The translations under genes were made by a program, and so were the position numbers. 55,725 nt of DNA from a virus (taxonomy: Duplodnaviria; Caudoviricetes): positions 1 to 55,725 of IMG/VR virus record IMGVR_UViG_3300040808_001540. One strand, written 5' to 3'. Positions 29,502 through 40,054 of this stretch are shown piece by piece (the stretch's first letter is position 1; each line of letters starts with the position of its first letter). The notes below the pieces were generated by a model. That model was not told the DNA's origin, did no database searches, and saw nothing but the letters and a program-made list of their open reading frames with translations.

Positions 29502-30605
29502 ATGGCGAAACCATTTGATGTATCAAAGTTTCGTAAAGGTCTCACCAAGTCTATTACAGGACTTGGTGTTGGCTTTAACGATCCAACAGACTGGGTAAGC
29601 ACAGGCAATTACGCACTTAACTATCTTATTAGTGGCGACTTTCACAAAGGTGTTCCGCTAGGTAAGGTAACAGTGTTTGCCGGCGAATCCGGTGCAGGTA
29701 AATCTTACTTTGCTTCTGGAAATATTGTAAAATCAGCACAAGAACAGGGTATCTTTGTAGTACTAATTGACTCAGAGAATGCACTAGACGAAAAGTGGTT
29801 ACAAGCACTTGGTGTTGATACAGACGAAAGTAAACTATTACGTTTGTCAATGAGTATGATTGATGACGTAGCAAAAACTGTTTCAAACTTTATGAAAGAA
29901 TATAGAGAGGATTATGATGGTGTTGATCCACAAGAACGTCCTAAAGTATTGTTTGTAATTGACAGTTTGGGTATGTTGCTAACACCAACAGATGTTGATC
30001 AGTTTGATAAAGGTGACTTAAAAGGTGATATGGGTAGAAAGCCTAAGGCACTTACGGCACTTGTACGTAACTGTGTAAACATGTTTGGTAGTTACAACGT
30101 AGGTATGGTATGTACTAACCACACATACGCATCGCAAGATATGTTTGATCCTGATGATAAAATCAGTGGAGGACAAGGCTTTGTGTATGCTTCATCTATT
30201 GTGGTAGCAATGAAAAAGTTGAAACTAAAAGAAGATGAAGACGGTAAAAAGGTAACAGATGTACGTGGTATTAGAGCCGCTTGTAAGGTAATGAAAACAC
30301 GTTACGCAAAACCTTTTGAAGGTGTACAAGTAAAAATCCCATACGAAACTGGTATGGATCCATATAGTGGTCTAGTTGATTTGTTTGAAAAACAAGGTTT
30401 GTTAAAACAACAAGGCAATAGACTAAAATTTGTGGACTCAGCAGGTCAAGAACATTTAAACTATCGTAAAGATTGGACTGGAGACCAACTCGAAATCATT
30501 ATGAAGGATTTCGCAAACAATGGTGATAAGTATAACGGAATCGACCAAGAGGCCGATGACAATACAGAAACCGTTGAACAGGAGACTCCAATTGAATCTA
30601 AGTGA
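29502..30605 (+). CDS. uvsX: RecA/UvsX recombinase
   Basis: STG..ALN, GESGAGKS Walker A, DSENALD, VIDSLGML, TNHTY, SGG.G..YASS. Confidence 0.93.
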   Translation: MAKPFDVSKFRKGLTKSITGLGVGFNDPTDWVSTGNYALNYLISGDFHKGVPLGKVTVFAGESGAGKSYFASGNIVKSAQEQGIFVVLIDSENALDEKWLQALGVDTDESKLLRLSMSMIDDVAKTVSNFMKEYREDYDGVDPQERPKVLFVIDSLGMLLTPTDVDQFDKGDLKGDMGRKPKALTALVRNCVNMFGSYNVGMVCTNHTYASQDMFDPDDKISGGQGFVYASSIVVAMKKLKLKEDEDGKKVTDVRGIRAACKVMKTRYAKPFEGVQVKIPYETGMDPYSGLVDLFEKQGLLKQQGNRLKFVDSAGQEHLNYRKDWTGDQLEIIMKDFANNGDKYNGIDQEADDNTETVEQETPIESK

Positions 30606-30849
30606 CGAACAATTAATTGACCTTTGGGATTCGTTTGCTGAATTTGTCGATGTTAAAAGCAAACAAGATTGTGCTAACAAGTTTATAAACTGGTGTGTAG
30701 ACAATGGTCTAGAAGAACCGATGTTATATCAGTTAGCAGATCAGGATCCTTATCTCAAAGACGCTGTAACAGAAGTATATGGCGACGAAGAGGTATACGA
30801 TAATGATTATGATGAAGACTATGATGAATATGATTCGGAAGATTATTAA
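30592..30849 (+). CDS. Small acidic hypothetical protein; probable TTG start at 30592
   Basis: GGAG 7 nt before an in-frame TTG; Asp/Glu/Tyr-rich tail; between uvsX and uvsY. Confidence 0.6.
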   Translation: MNLSDEQLIDLWDSFAEFVDVKSKQDCANKFINWCVDNGLEEPMLYQLADQDPYLKDAVTEVYGDEEVYDNDYDEDYDEYDSEDY

Positions 30850-31308
30850 ATGATAAATTGGTATTCGAGGATTTCAACTGATATTTCTTGCATTCCTGAT
30901 GCTATACTATGGTATGAGGGACAAATGGAAGATGCTAGGATAGAGTGTGCTTTGAAAGGCAATCTTGAAAAGAACGCCTCTAGTTTGCCTGGTGTTGTAG
31001 AAAAACGTTTTGGACAACTACAAGAAATTGAAGCAATCCTCGAATACCTAAACATCGAACTACGCAGAACAAGAAGTAAATATTTTAAGCAATACTTAGA
31101 AAACTATCAAAGAGCATTAAGCAGTCGCGATGTTGAAAAATATGTTGACGGCGAAGCAGACGTAGTTGATATGGAAAAAATTATCAACGAGTTTGCACTG
31201 CTACGTAACAAGTGGTTAGGAATCTTAAAAGGCATCGACATGAAGCAATGGCAGATAACTAATATTACTAAATTACGTGTAGCAGGAATGGAAGATGCAT
31301 CACTTTGA
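30850..31308 (+). CDS. uvsY: Recombination mediator UvsY
   Basis: Helical 152-aa protein with YVDGE..V, K.ID.K.WQI.N..KLR..G pattern; next to uvsX. Confidence 0.8.
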   Translation: MINWYSRISTDISCIPDAILWYEGQMEDARIECALKGNLEKNASSLPGVVEKRFGQLQEIEAILEYLNIELRRTRSKYFKQYLENYQRALSSRDVEKYVDGEADVVDMEKIINEFALLRNKWLGILKGIDMKQWQITNITKLRVAGMEDASL

Positions 31309-31885
31309 TGTTATAATAATAAAAACCAATCAAAACAATTACCAAGAGTGTTATGACCGTTGTGTTGAACTAGGTTATAACAATAGATCTATTACAGGTA
31401 TTCGAACAATCGATCAAGTAAACAAAATACCTCCAGCAACTTTCGGAAAATATAAAAATTATAGAAACAGTAACCATAGAGAAAATGGTCATTTTTTAAC
31501 ATTTTATGATCATCTAAAAGCATGGCGACTGGGTGCTGAATCTGATAAACCAACCCTAATAATTGAAGACTGCTGTTGGCAACAATGGCCTATTCCAGGC
31601 AATGTAAATGACTTTTATACTGAAGTTTTAAATTTAAGTGCCGGTGAATGGGAGTACGAAAACTCAATACAATCTTTACCTAAACCCAATTACAATATAG
31701 GCGGAGATGATTATCCTTACTTTGAAAACAACTGTTTAAAGAATGCAGATGCGTATCTTATTACACCTTTAGGTTGCAAAAAAGCACTTGAAGTGGTTAG
31801 AAAATACGGTTGGATAATTCCTAGAGTAATGTTTAACAGTATACTGTTTGATGTAAAATATTATAGAAGAAAATTATTTGTATGA
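31295..31885 (+). CDS. Glycosyltransferase family 25-like protein
   Basis: H.KAW........LIIED and AYLITP.G.KK.L motifs. Confidence 0.65.
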   Translation: MHHFDVIIIKTNQNNYQECYDRCVELGYNNRSITGIRTIDQVNKIPPATFGKYKNYRNSNHRENGHFLTFYDHLKAWRLGAESDKPTLIIEDCCWQQWPIPGNVNDFYTEVLNLSAGEWEYENSIQSLPKPNYNIGGDDYPYFENNCLKNADAYLITPLGCKKALEVVRKYGWIIPRVMFNSILFDVKYYRRKLFV

Positions 31886-32541
31886 ACTTTAAAAAACAAG
31901 ATACAAAATTAATATACGATTATATTACAACTCATGCACCTACAGACATGACTATGATTGATATAGGATCACGCACAGGTAAATGGTTGGTTCCTTATGT
32001 AACATATTTTCCTGATGCAGAATTTCATTGTATTGAAGCGTTGCCGGATCATTTTAATAGACTAAAACGTCGTTATAGAAAAGATAATAATGTATTTGTA
32101 TACAATGATGTGGTATCTAATGAACCAGGTAGTGTAACATTTTATCAAGATCTTGATCGTGCAGGGTGGAGTGGATTAAGAAAACATTATAGATTAGAAA
32201 ATTACAACGAACTAACACTACAAAGTAAAACCGTTGATAGTTATAACATCGATCCTTACTTTATTAAGATAGATGTAGAAGGTGCAGAACTTCCTGCACT
32301 ACAAGGCGCAGTAAAAACTTTACAAAAAACTAGTCTAGTTTATTTTGAATGTAATCAAATACATTTTCAAGAGTACAACTATACTGCTAATGATTTGTAT
32401 GACTTTTTTACAGAAAATAACTTTACAATACACAGTATTATTACACTAGATAAAATACCGAGAGATGTATTTTCTAATATTACACAAAAAGAACGCATTC
32501 TAGATACGGTATACGAGAGCAACTTTTTAGCAATAAAATGA
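31882..32541 (+). CDS. FkbM-family SAM methyltransferase
   Basis: IDIGSRTG, IEA.P, FIKIDVEGAE...LQG. Confidence 0.85.
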   Translation: MNFKKQDTKLIYDYITTHAPTDMTMIDIGSRTGKWLVPYVTYFPDAEFHCIEALPDHFNRLKRRYRKDNNVFVYNDVVSNEPGSVTFYQDLDRAGWSGLRKHYRLENYNELTLQSKTVDSYNIDPYFIKIDVEGAELPALQGAVKTLQKTSLVYFECNQIHFQEYNYTANDLYDFFTENNFTIHSIITLDKIPRDVFSNITQKERILDTVYESNFLAIK

Positions 32542-33443
32542 ATATTGTATCTTTTAAAGAAATTAATTATTTTAACATTGGGTTCAACTTACCAAATTGG
32601 CACCTAATAGATTACGATAATTCGTTAAAAGAAACTGCTGATGTGTTTTTTCAAATTAATGTACAAAAAAGCAAAACAAAAAATGTAAAATCATATCAAT
32701 ATATTAAAGAACAAAATAAACCTACACTAGTATGCGAAAGTAATTTGTTTAGAAAAAACAGTTTTCCTATTACAGATTCTCGTTGTTATTTTAGGTTAGG
32801 TTGGAATCATTTTTTGCGTAATGGCAATTTTAATAATGAGAATAGTCCTGCAGATAGATGGAATACAATTAAAGATTTACAAAATTTAGAAATTAAAGAT
32901 TGGAGTTCACCTGGTGACAACATTCTTGTGTGTTTACAAAAACCCGGTGACAGCACACTTAATTCTTTATACGAAAAATATGGTACTTATGAACACTGGA
33001 TTAGATACACTATTGAAACAATTAGAAAATATACAGACAGAAAAATAATAATTAGACCTCACGTACATCATAAGAAACTAAACTTCTTACAATTTAAATC
33101 AACTATAGATAATGTAGAAATATCATCAGTGTTCAAAAACAGAAACAAGATAGAAGGTGGCAAATCATTAGAGGAAGATTTTAATAATGCTTGGGCGGTT
33201 GTTGGGTACAACACTAACGCATTAGTTGAGAGTACACTAGAAGGAATTCCTACATTTCCGTTAAGTGATGAAAGTGTCGTTTGGAATATTAGCAATCAAA
33301 ACAAATTAGAAAATATTGAAAACCCTAATGTTAATATTGATAGAACACAATGGTGCTATGATGCTGGATATATGCTATGGACTAAAGAAGAAATATCCAA
33401 TGGTACAGCATGGGAACATTTAAAAGGAGTTTACTTTGACTGA
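32538..33443 (+). CDS. KpsS/KpsC (capsule synthesis)-like GT-B protein, paralogue 1
   Basis: ILVCLQK.GD, IIRPH, AWAVVGYNTNALVES.LEGIP.F, R.QW.....W..EEI..G.AW. Confidence 0.55.
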   Translation: MNIVSFKEINYFNIGFNLPNWHLIDYDNSLKETADVFFQINVQKSKTKNVKSYQYIKEQNKPTLVCESNLFRKNSFPITDSRCYFRLGWNHFLRNGNFNNENSPADRWNTIKDLQNLEIKDWSSPGDNILVCLQKPGDSTLNSLYEKYGTYEHWIRYTIETIRKYTDRKIIIRPHVHHKKLNFLQFKSTIDNVEISSVFKNRNKIEGGKSLEEDFNNAWAVVGYNTNALVESTLEGIPTFPLSDESVVWNISNQNKLENIENPNVNIDRTQWCYDAGYMLWTKEEISNGTAWEHLKGVYFD

Positions 33444-33879
33444 ACCCGTGTGGAGTGAAAGAAATCGTTTCTTAAAAGATTACAATATAGAAAATAAAAC
33501 AGTTTTAGATTTTGGTTGCGGAGATAAATCTGTTTGCAACTATCTATCTTTTAAAGATTATGTAGGATATGACTTAAACCCTTTAGCAGATTATCAAATT
33601 GATTTTAACGAAGAATTTACAATCAAACATACAGCAGAAGTAGGACTTGTATTAGGAGTCCTTGAGTATTTAGATGATCCAGATAAATTTTTAAAAACTA
33701 TACAACCAACTTGTAGCAGATTTATCTTTATGGCTTTAGCAATTAAGGCGCCAAAGACATCTCGTGGGTGGAAACAAGTATATAATGAAAATACACTTTT
33801 TACTTTATTGAATAAACACTTTTCAACAGTAAAAATAGCAAAAATCAACAAATACATACTGGCAGACTGCTACAAATAA
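33436..33879 (+). CDS. Class I SAM-dependent methyltransferase
   Basis: VLDFGCG, YVGYD, LGVLEYLDDP. Confidence 0.75.
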   Translation: MTEPVWSERNRFLKDYNIENKTVLDFGCGDKSVCNYLSFKDYVGYDLNPLADYQIDFNEEFTIKHTAEVGLVLGVLEYLDDPDKFLKTIQPTCSRFIFMALAIKAPKTSRGWKQVYNENTLFTLLNKHFSTVKIAKINKYILADCYK

Positions 33880-33887
33880 ATATTAAC

Positions 33888-34682
33888 ATGAAAGTTGTAA
33901 TAGTAACTGGAGGGTTTGATCCCTTACACTCAGGGCACATTGCCTACTTTAAAGCCGCTAAAGAATTAGGCGATTATTTGGTTGTTGGAGTCAATTCTGA
34001 TGAGTGGTTAACACGTAAAAAAGGCAAACCGTTTATGCCTTATGAGGAACGTGTAGCAATAGTTAAAGAATTAGCAGTAGTAGACGAAGTTATTGCGTTC
34101 GATGACAGTGATAACACAGCATCAGATGCAATTAGACAAACTATGTCTAAATGGCCACAAGAAGATTACATATTTGCTAACGGCGGTGACAGAACAAAAG
34201 AAAATATTCCAGAAATGGAAGTATTTCATCCTAGATTAACATTTAAGTTTGGTGTAGGTGGTGAAGATAAAAAGAATTCAAGCAGTTGGATACTAGAAGA
34301 ATACAAATATCCTAAAACTGAACGTCCTTGGGGTTATTATAGAGTTTTATTTGGTGTTGGCAATGAAGTTAAGTTAAAAGAACTTACAGTTGACCCAGGT
34401 AAACGGTTGAGTATGCAAAAACACAAACACAGAAATGAACTATGGTTTGTAAGTGAAGGCACTGCCACGGTAAACACTATAGATCGTAGTACAGATTTAG
34501 ACGAGTGGGCAACACTTAGTAAATTCCAAAGTTTAAATATAGATGTAGGTGAATGGCACCAACTAGAAAACAAAACTAACAAACCGTTAAGAATTATTGA
34601 AATACAATTTGGTGATAATTGTATTGAAGATGACATACAGCGTGTTGGCGTTGATGAAAATTACGGGAAAGAAGGAAAATAA
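33888..34682 (+). CDS. Cytidylyltransferase-family (HxGH) protein fused to a ManC-type cupin
   Basis: TGGFDPLHSGH, GVNSD.WL.RKKG, FANGGDR, NSSS; then RPWG.Y, LSMQKH.HR.E.W, WHQL.N, IIEIQ.G..C.EDDI.R; TAAATA 5 nt before ATG. Confidence 0.85.
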   Translation: MKVVIVTGGFDPLHSGHIAYFKAAKELGDYLVVGVNSDEWLTRKKGKPFMPYEERVAIVKELAVVDEVIAFDDSDNTASDAIRQTMSKWPQEDYIFANGGDRTKENIPEMEVFHPRLTFKFGVGGEDKKNSSSWILEEYKYPKTERPWGYYRVLFGVGNEVKLKELTVDPGKRLSMQKHKHRNELWFVSEGTATVNTIDRSTDLDEWATLSKFQSLNIDVGEWHQLENKTNKPLRIIEIQFGDNCIEDDIQRVGVDENYGKEGK

Positions 34683-35374
34683 TGAACACTATTTTTATTG
34701 GGTATGACTCCCGTGAACCAATTGCAAGTGATGTTTGTGAATACAGTTTACGTCACACAACTGAAGAACCTATTGACATAAAATATTTAAAAATTAACGA
34801 ACTTCGTGACAAAGGCATATACACAAGGCCACATGATTCGCTTGGTAGCACTGAATTTACATTTACAAGATTTTTAATTCCTTATCTAATGGATTATAAA
34901 GGTTGGGCATTGTTTTGTGATTGTGATTTTTTATGGTTAGACGATGTTGATAAGTTATTATCACAACGTGATGACAAATATGCAGTAATGTGTGTGCATC
35001 ATGACTATACTCCCAAAGAAGGTGTCAAAATGGACGGCAAACAGCAGACACTTTATCCAAGAAAAAACTGGAGTTCAATGGTATTATGGAATTGTGGACA
35101 TCCTAGTAACCAACAAGTTATACCTAGCATGGTAAACAAAGAAACTGGAAAGTTCATGCACCGCTTTAGTTGGCTAAAAGACAAAGAAATTGGTCAAATC
35201 AGCCATGAGTGGAACTGGTTAGAAGGTTGGTACAAGGAACCACAAGACGGAAAACCAAAAGCAATTCACTTTACCGAAGGTGGACCGTGGTTTGCAAACT
35301 GTCAAGATGTAGACTATGCTGATTTGTGGATTGAAACTGCAAACAAAACAGGTCAACAATGGAAAACAATTTAA
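34682..35374 (+). CDS. GT-A glycosyltransferase (GT8-like)
   Basis: FIGYDSRE, STEFTFTRFL.P, FCDCDFL (DxD), YPRKNWSS, WN.L, HFTEGGPWF. Confidence 0.85.
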   Translation: MNTIFIGYDSREPIASDVCEYSLRHTTEEPIDIKYLKINELRDKGIYTRPHDSLGSTEFTFTRFLIPYLMDYKGWALFCDCDFLWLDDVDKLLSQRDDKYAVMCVHHDYTPKEGVKMDGKQQTLYPRKNWSSMVLWNCGHPSNQQVIPSMVNKETGKFMHRFSWLKDKEIGQISHEWNWLEGWYKEPQDGKPKAIHFTEGGPWFANCQDVDYADLWIETANKTGQQWKTI

Positions 35375-36150
35375 CATTCCTAAGTAAAAACGCTTCCGAC
35401 GAATATATTAACATGCTCGCCAAGAGTTTTGGTGTTGCCCCAACACATTCTGATCAATTTAATTTTAATGAAACATCAGGACCTATCTTTTTACGTGGAA
35501 TTTTAAAATTCAAGTTAATGCAACAGTGTTGGGCAGAACAAAGAGACTTCTATTACATGGATAGTGGTTATATAGGTAACTATAAAAGTCCAATTAACCC
35601 AAACGGATTTAAATTATTTCATAGAATTGTAAAAAACGACCTACAACACGATATTGTCGAACAAAGACCTTCGGACAGACTTGAAAAATTAGGCATTAGC
35701 ATTCCTACGTGGAAGAGAGATGGTAGAAATATTCTTGTAGTAATGCCAAGTGAAAAGCCTGCAAGGTTTTATAACATTGATATGGTAAAATGGCGTCGAG
35801 AAACAGTAGAAATGATCAAAAAGCATACCGATCGACCTATTGTAATTAGAGAAAAAGCCAAAAGACAAGAAAGAATTGAAAAAACAATCTACCAAGAACT
35901 AGATAATGCGTTTGCTGTGGTAACACTACAAAGCATTGCGGCAACTGAAGCCATATTATACGGTATACCAGTATTTACACTGGCTCCAAATGCCGCTATG
36001 GAATTGGCATCTGATGATTTGACACAAATTGAACAACCAAGGTACCCTGATCAAGACGAAGTATATGAATGGGCATGTCATTTAGCCTATGGGCAATTTC
36101 ATATTGACGAATTGAAGGACGGTACTGCAAAAAGGATATTAGGATTTTGA
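35359..36150 (+). CDS. KpsS/KpsC-like GT-B protein, paralogue 2
   Basis: YYMDSGY, TDRPIVIREK, AFAVVT..S.AATEAILYGIPVF, W..HLAYGQF.IDEL.DG.A. Confidence 0.55.
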   Translation: MENNLTFLSKNASDEYINMLAKSFGVAPTHSDQFNFNETSGPIFLRGILKFKLMQQCWAEQRDFYYMDSGYIGNYKSPINPNGFKLFHRIVKNDLQHDIVEQRPSDRLEKLGISIPTWKRDGRNILVVMPSEKPARFYNIDMVKWRRETVEMIKKHTDRPIVIREKAKRQERIEKTIYQELDNAFAVVTLQSIAATEAILYGIPVFTLAPNAAMELASDDLTQIEQPRYPDQDEVYEWACHLAYGQFHIDELKDGTAKRILGF

Positions 36151-36881
36151 AATTTATAGCAGTAACAACACAGAATAAAGCCTATTACGACAAATTAGGA
36201 AAAAATTGCATCGACAGTTTTGTAAAATATTGGCCAAAAGAAATTACACTTCATGTTTTTGCTGAAGATTTTACATTAGATAATCACGACAATGTAATGT
36301 ATCACAGTTTTGATGAACTTGATCAAGATTTTAGAGATTTTCAAGAAACAGACTACAAAAAGAGAGTGAAAATTTTCAGTTATAAAGCATTTAGTTGGTT
36401 ACGTGCCTGTCAGTTTCAGGGTGTGGATCGAGTCATATGGCTAGATAGCGATGTAATTACATTTAAACCTGTACCTTATGACTTTTTATGTAATCTTGCT
36501 CCTGGACACTTTCTTGCAACCTACATGGCTGTTGTTTATGACCATAAAAAAACCAAAGGTGAAGGGTTTCAAAAAATAAAACCTGTACTTTGTGGTGAAA
36601 CAGGGTTTTATATTACAAACACTAGACATTATTATTTTGAAGATTTTGTTAATCGCTATCGTGAATACTACGTTAGAGGTTATGGTGCAGAACTTAGAAG
36701 GTTTTATGACGGAGATGTGTTTGGGGCAGTGGTAAATGAGTTCCAAAAACACGGAAATATCTTCAATGATTTGGGTAATAGGAAACATAACACAATTTTT
36801 AAGCACACCGTTCTTGCAGAATACATGACACACTATAAAGGTAAAGTCAAGAAAAGTGATACCTTTGAGGTTCGCACATAA
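36147..36881 (+). CDS. GT-A glycosyltransferase-like protein
   Basis: VTT.N...Y, SF.KYWP, FSYK.F, IWLDSDV (DxD), ETGFY, H.KG..K; paralogue of 41548-42363. Confidence 0.7.
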   Translation: MKFIAVTTQNKAYYDKLGKNCIDSFVKYWPKEITLHVFAEDFTLDNHDNVMYHSFDELDQDFRDFQETDYKKRVKIFSYKAFSWLRACQFQGVDRVIWLDSDVITFKPVPYDFLCNLAPGHFLATYMAVVYDHKKTKGEGFQKIKPVLCGETGFYITNTRHYYFEDFVNRYREYYVRGYGAELRRFYDGDVFGAVVNEFQKHGNIFNDLGNRKHNTIFKHTVLAEYMTHYKGKVKKSDTFEVRT

Positions 36882-36901
36882 TTAAAAATAAAGGATAATA
36901 C

Positions 36902-37855
36902 ATGTCAATAAAAGCAGTAGTAATTCACAGAAGAGACGCAAATAATATTGGAGATATGGCTAGTGATCCATTACAATATTTTTTAAAAGACAGCGAATAT
37001 GAAAAAGTAGATATCACACAAATTGGTAGGCACCCTTTTCCAGATGATATTCCTGTAATTTATGGTGGTGGTGGTTTATTAGCCAACGAATTTTTTGGCG
37101 ATGCTATAAACATGGTTTTTGATCGTCCAGATGTTAACCAATTAAATGAAATGTGGGATCATCGTTGGAGATTGTGTAATCCAAAATATAAAGAATTATA
37201 TGCAGAATTTAATAAAAGATTAAAAGAAGATGTTGTTAATATAATTAGACAAATAGAAGAAAATAAAGAAGTTAAAAGAGTTATTTGGGGAGCAGGACAC
37301 AACCAAAGAGACTACAATTCTGCAAATTCACACAATATAAAATACCCAAGACGCATGAAAGATTTTGATCTCATTGGAGTTCGCGATTATTGGGGCGAAC
37401 TATTTCAAGCACAACATCCTGATTGGGATTGGGTTCCTTGTGCAAGTTGTATGCATCCAGCATTTGACAAAAAATATCCGGTTAAGAACGATATTATTGT
37501 TTTTGAACACAAAAAACAATTAATTAAAGGTAACGATTTTGGACCAACACCTGTTCCAAGATTTATCAATAGTGGTTCCAATATGGAGCAAACAATTGAA
37601 TTACTAGGTAGTGCTAATACAATTTTAACTAACAGTTATCATGGTGCATACTGGGGTACACTTTTAGGTAAAAAAGTAATTGTGTTAGGACCTTGGAGTT
37701 CAAAATTTTATTCATTAAAACACAAACCTTATTTGTTAGGTAAACCCGCAGGTTGGCTAGATGCTTTAGACGAAGCACCGATATACCCTAACGCATTAGA
37801 AGAAGCAAGAAACGCCACAAAAGATTTTTGGACTAAAGTCAAGGCAGTTCTTTAA
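36902..37855 (+). CDS. Polysaccharide pyruvyl transferase-like protein
   Basis: NIGD, YGGGGLL, IWGAG.N, IGVRD, TNSYHG...G.LLGK. Confidence 0.75.
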   Translation: MSIKAVVIHRRDANNIGDMASDPLQYFLKDSEYEKVDITQIGRHPFPDDIPVIYGGGGLLANEFFGDAINMVFDRPDVNQLNEMWDHRWRLCNPKYKELYAEFNKRLKEDVVNIIRQIEENKEVKRVIWGAGHNQRDYNSANSHNIKYPRRMKDFDLIGVRDYWGELFQAQHPDWDWVPCASCMHPAFDKKYPVKNDIIVFEHKKQLIKGNDFGPTPVPRFINSGSNMEQTIELLGSANTILTNSYHGAYWGTLLGKKVIVLGPWSSKFYSLKHKPYLLGKPAGWLDALDEAPIYPNALEEARNATKDFWTKVKAVL

Positions 37856-38781
37856 TGAAAGTAGTAAGTTTTTTAGGAGGTATTCCTCCACGCAACAATA
37901 ACCCGGCTAAGCCTGCAATGTTACATGCTTATGTGCAAGGAGTAACTGCCGCCGGTGACGAAGGTGTTGCAATAGAAGGTACAACATATCAAGAATGTGA
38001 TGTTGCTGTACTGCAAGGTTTCGTTCATGAACATGGAAAAAATGCACCTCACTTGCAATTTAGGCGTCTAGTACATCAAAGAAATACAGTAAAACCTAAA
38101 CGCTGTGTTATTATTGATAGTAATATGTTTAGTTACGCAACAGGCAAATTTAACGACAGTGAATTAATACGCTTTAGTTTTGATGGTGTATTTCCTACAA
38201 CAGGAGATTATTGTAATCACGATATTACTACTCCAGAGCACTGGGACAGATTAGCAAATAGATATGGACTACAATTACTTCCGTATACAAACAGCGGCGA
38301 CCATGTTCTTATCTGTCTACAAAGAAACGGTGGGTGGAGCATGAAGGGGGAACATGTTATTGATTGGTTACGTAATACCTTAACAACATTGCGTAAACAC
38401 ACAAATAGACCTATCAAGATACGTTGTCACCCAGGAGATAAAACAGCATTACACTACGGCAAACAAATAGAACAAGAATTTGGTGTTCGTGTTAGCGATA
38501 CTACTAAAATAACACTGTTAGATGACTTACAAAATTGTTGGGCGATGATTGTTAAAAATTCAAGTCCAAGTGTTGCGGCACTAATGAACGGTATTCCTAT
38601 ATTTGCCACAGATCCAGATGATTGTCAAGCAGGCCCTCTTGCTAATATTGACTTAACACAAATTGAAACTCCACAACGTCCTGATAGAAAAGAATGGTTA
38701 TGGAAGTTGTGTGCCAGCCATTGGAGTATTGATGAACTTAAAAATGGTACGTGTTGGCGCCATATGAGAAAATACGTTTAA
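37855..38781 (+). CDS. KpsS/KpsC-like GT-B protein, paralogue 3
   Basis: VLICLQR.GG, RPIKIRCHP, CWAMIV.NSSPSVAAL.NGIPIF, R.EWL......WSIDEL.NG.CW. Confidence 0.55.
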   Translation: MKVVSFLGGIPPRNNNPAKPAMLHAYVQGVTAAGDEGVAIEGTTYQECDVAVLQGFVHEHGKNAPHLQFRRLVHQRNTVKPKRCVIIDSNMFSYATGKFNDSELIRFSFDGVFPTTGDYCNHDITTPEHWDRLANRYGLQLLPYTNSGDHVLICLQRNGGWSMKGEHVIDWLRNTLTTLRKHTNRPIKIRCHPGDKTALHYGKQIEQEFGVRVSDTTKITLLDDLQNCWAMIVKNSSPSVAALMNGIPIFATDPDDCQAGPLANIDLTQIETPQRPDRKEWLWKLCASHWSIDELKNGTCWRHMRKYV

Positions 38782-39356
38782 ACTTTTTGAACGTACCAGC
38801 ACCTGCCTTTTTTTCTAACTTTCCTTTTTAAATCTTTAAAGAAATCTCGTGTAGCACGTATTACATCGGGATGACCTTTCGTAAAATCGTCCCCTCCGAA
38901 GTAACTTCCTGTTTTAACTTTAGGCCACCATGCTATTAGATCTTTAGTAACACTTTCATAACTATGATCAGCATCAATATAAACAAAATCTACACTTTCG
39001 TCTTCAAACTGATCAGCCACTTCCCAACTTAAAGATTTTATTGGTGTAATTCTGTCTTTTATAGGATTAGTGTTTTTTAAAAATGTAGTATATAAATCGT
39101 CGATATTATCTAAGCCATGGGGCAATGTATCTCTTGTAAAATGTATGGGACTACCTTCCCATGTATCTACACAAACAAACTTTCCTAACTTATTTGCATT
39201 GTATAATTCTACAACACAATACGCCGTACTTTTTCCAGTCCACGATCCTAACTCTACCCATGTGCTATTATTAGGCAGTTTAGGAATAACCATATCAAAG
39301 AAAATTAAATTTTGTGGATAAGTGTACCCTAAAATATCTTGGTAAAAGTGTTTCAT
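38778..39356 (-). CDS. Class I SAM methyltransferase (Methyltransf_24-like)
   Basis: VELGSWTGKS, VDTW.G, DFVYIDADHSYE.V..D...WWPKVK.G....GDD. Confidence 0.85.
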   Translation of the reverse strand: MKHFYQDILGYTYPQNLIFFDMVIPKLPNNSTWVELGSWTGKSTAYCVVELYNANKLGKFVCVDTWEGSPIHFTRDTLPHGLDNIDDLYTTFLKNTNPIKDRITPIKSLSWEVADQFEDESVDFVYIDADHSYESVTKDLIAWWPKVKTGSYFGGDDFTKGHPDVIRATRDFFKDLKRKVRKKGRCWYVQKV

Positions 39357-40054
39357 TGAGGAATCAACATATAATCGTCTTTACGTTGCTCCACAAATTT
39401 ATATCCCCAACTTTCAACTAATTTTACAGTATCAATACTACTACGTTTTACAGTAGTTTTCTTTTCACGTGTAACTTCAAGTGCAATTACAGGCTTACAT
39501 CTTTTAATGGTTTTTTCTGCACCTGCAAGTACAAACTCTTCAAAACCTTCAACATCAATTTTCATTAAATCTATTCTATCGTAATTAAAACTATCTAATG
39601 TTTTAATAGGTATTTCTACAATTTCTACCATATGTTGTTTAGGGTGTTTGCCTGACAGATATAAATCTAACTGTTGTTGATCATTTATAATTTGACTATG
39701 CCCTGCTGTTTTCTTTCTACGCTTTGCATACATCTTATCGTTTGATTTACCTAGTCCACAATCGTGTAATACAACATTATCAAACCCTTCACAGTTTAAT
39801 TTTAAACAGTCAAATGTTTTTGGAATTACTTCAAACGCTTCTACACGATTATAGAACTTACTCATAGCAGTTACCATAAATCCATAATTAGCACCAATGT
39901 CAACAAATACACCTCTTTTATCTTCTGGTACAAACTTATTTAAATATAAAGGAAAGTTACCTTGCCAACTAGGATCGCCCCTTTTAGCAACCTCAGTATA
40001 CTTCATCATATTTTGTTCTTCGTCACATATCCACCAATCGCCGGACTTTTTCAT
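39353..40054 (-). CDS. FkbM-family SAM methyltransferase
   Basis: VDIGANYG, AFE, TLDSF...IDLMKIDVEGFE..VL.GA..TI....PVI.LE. Confidence 0.88.
   Translation of the reverse strand: MKKSGDWWICDEEQNMMKYTEVAKRGDPSWQGNFPLYLNKFVPEDKRGVFVDIGANYGFMVTAMSKFYNRVEAFEVIPKTFDCLKLNCEGFDNVVLHDCGLGKSNDKMYAKRRKKTAGHSQIINDQQQLDLYLSGKHPKQHMVEIVEIPIKTLDSFNYDRIDLMKIDVEGFEEFVLAGAEKTIKRCKPVIALEVTREKKTTVKRSSIDTVKLVESWGYKFVEQRKDDYMLIPQ

Noticed and set aside
30781-30849. gattatgatgaa-like repeats
   Set aside because: They encode the Asp/Glu/Tyr-rich tail of a small protein.
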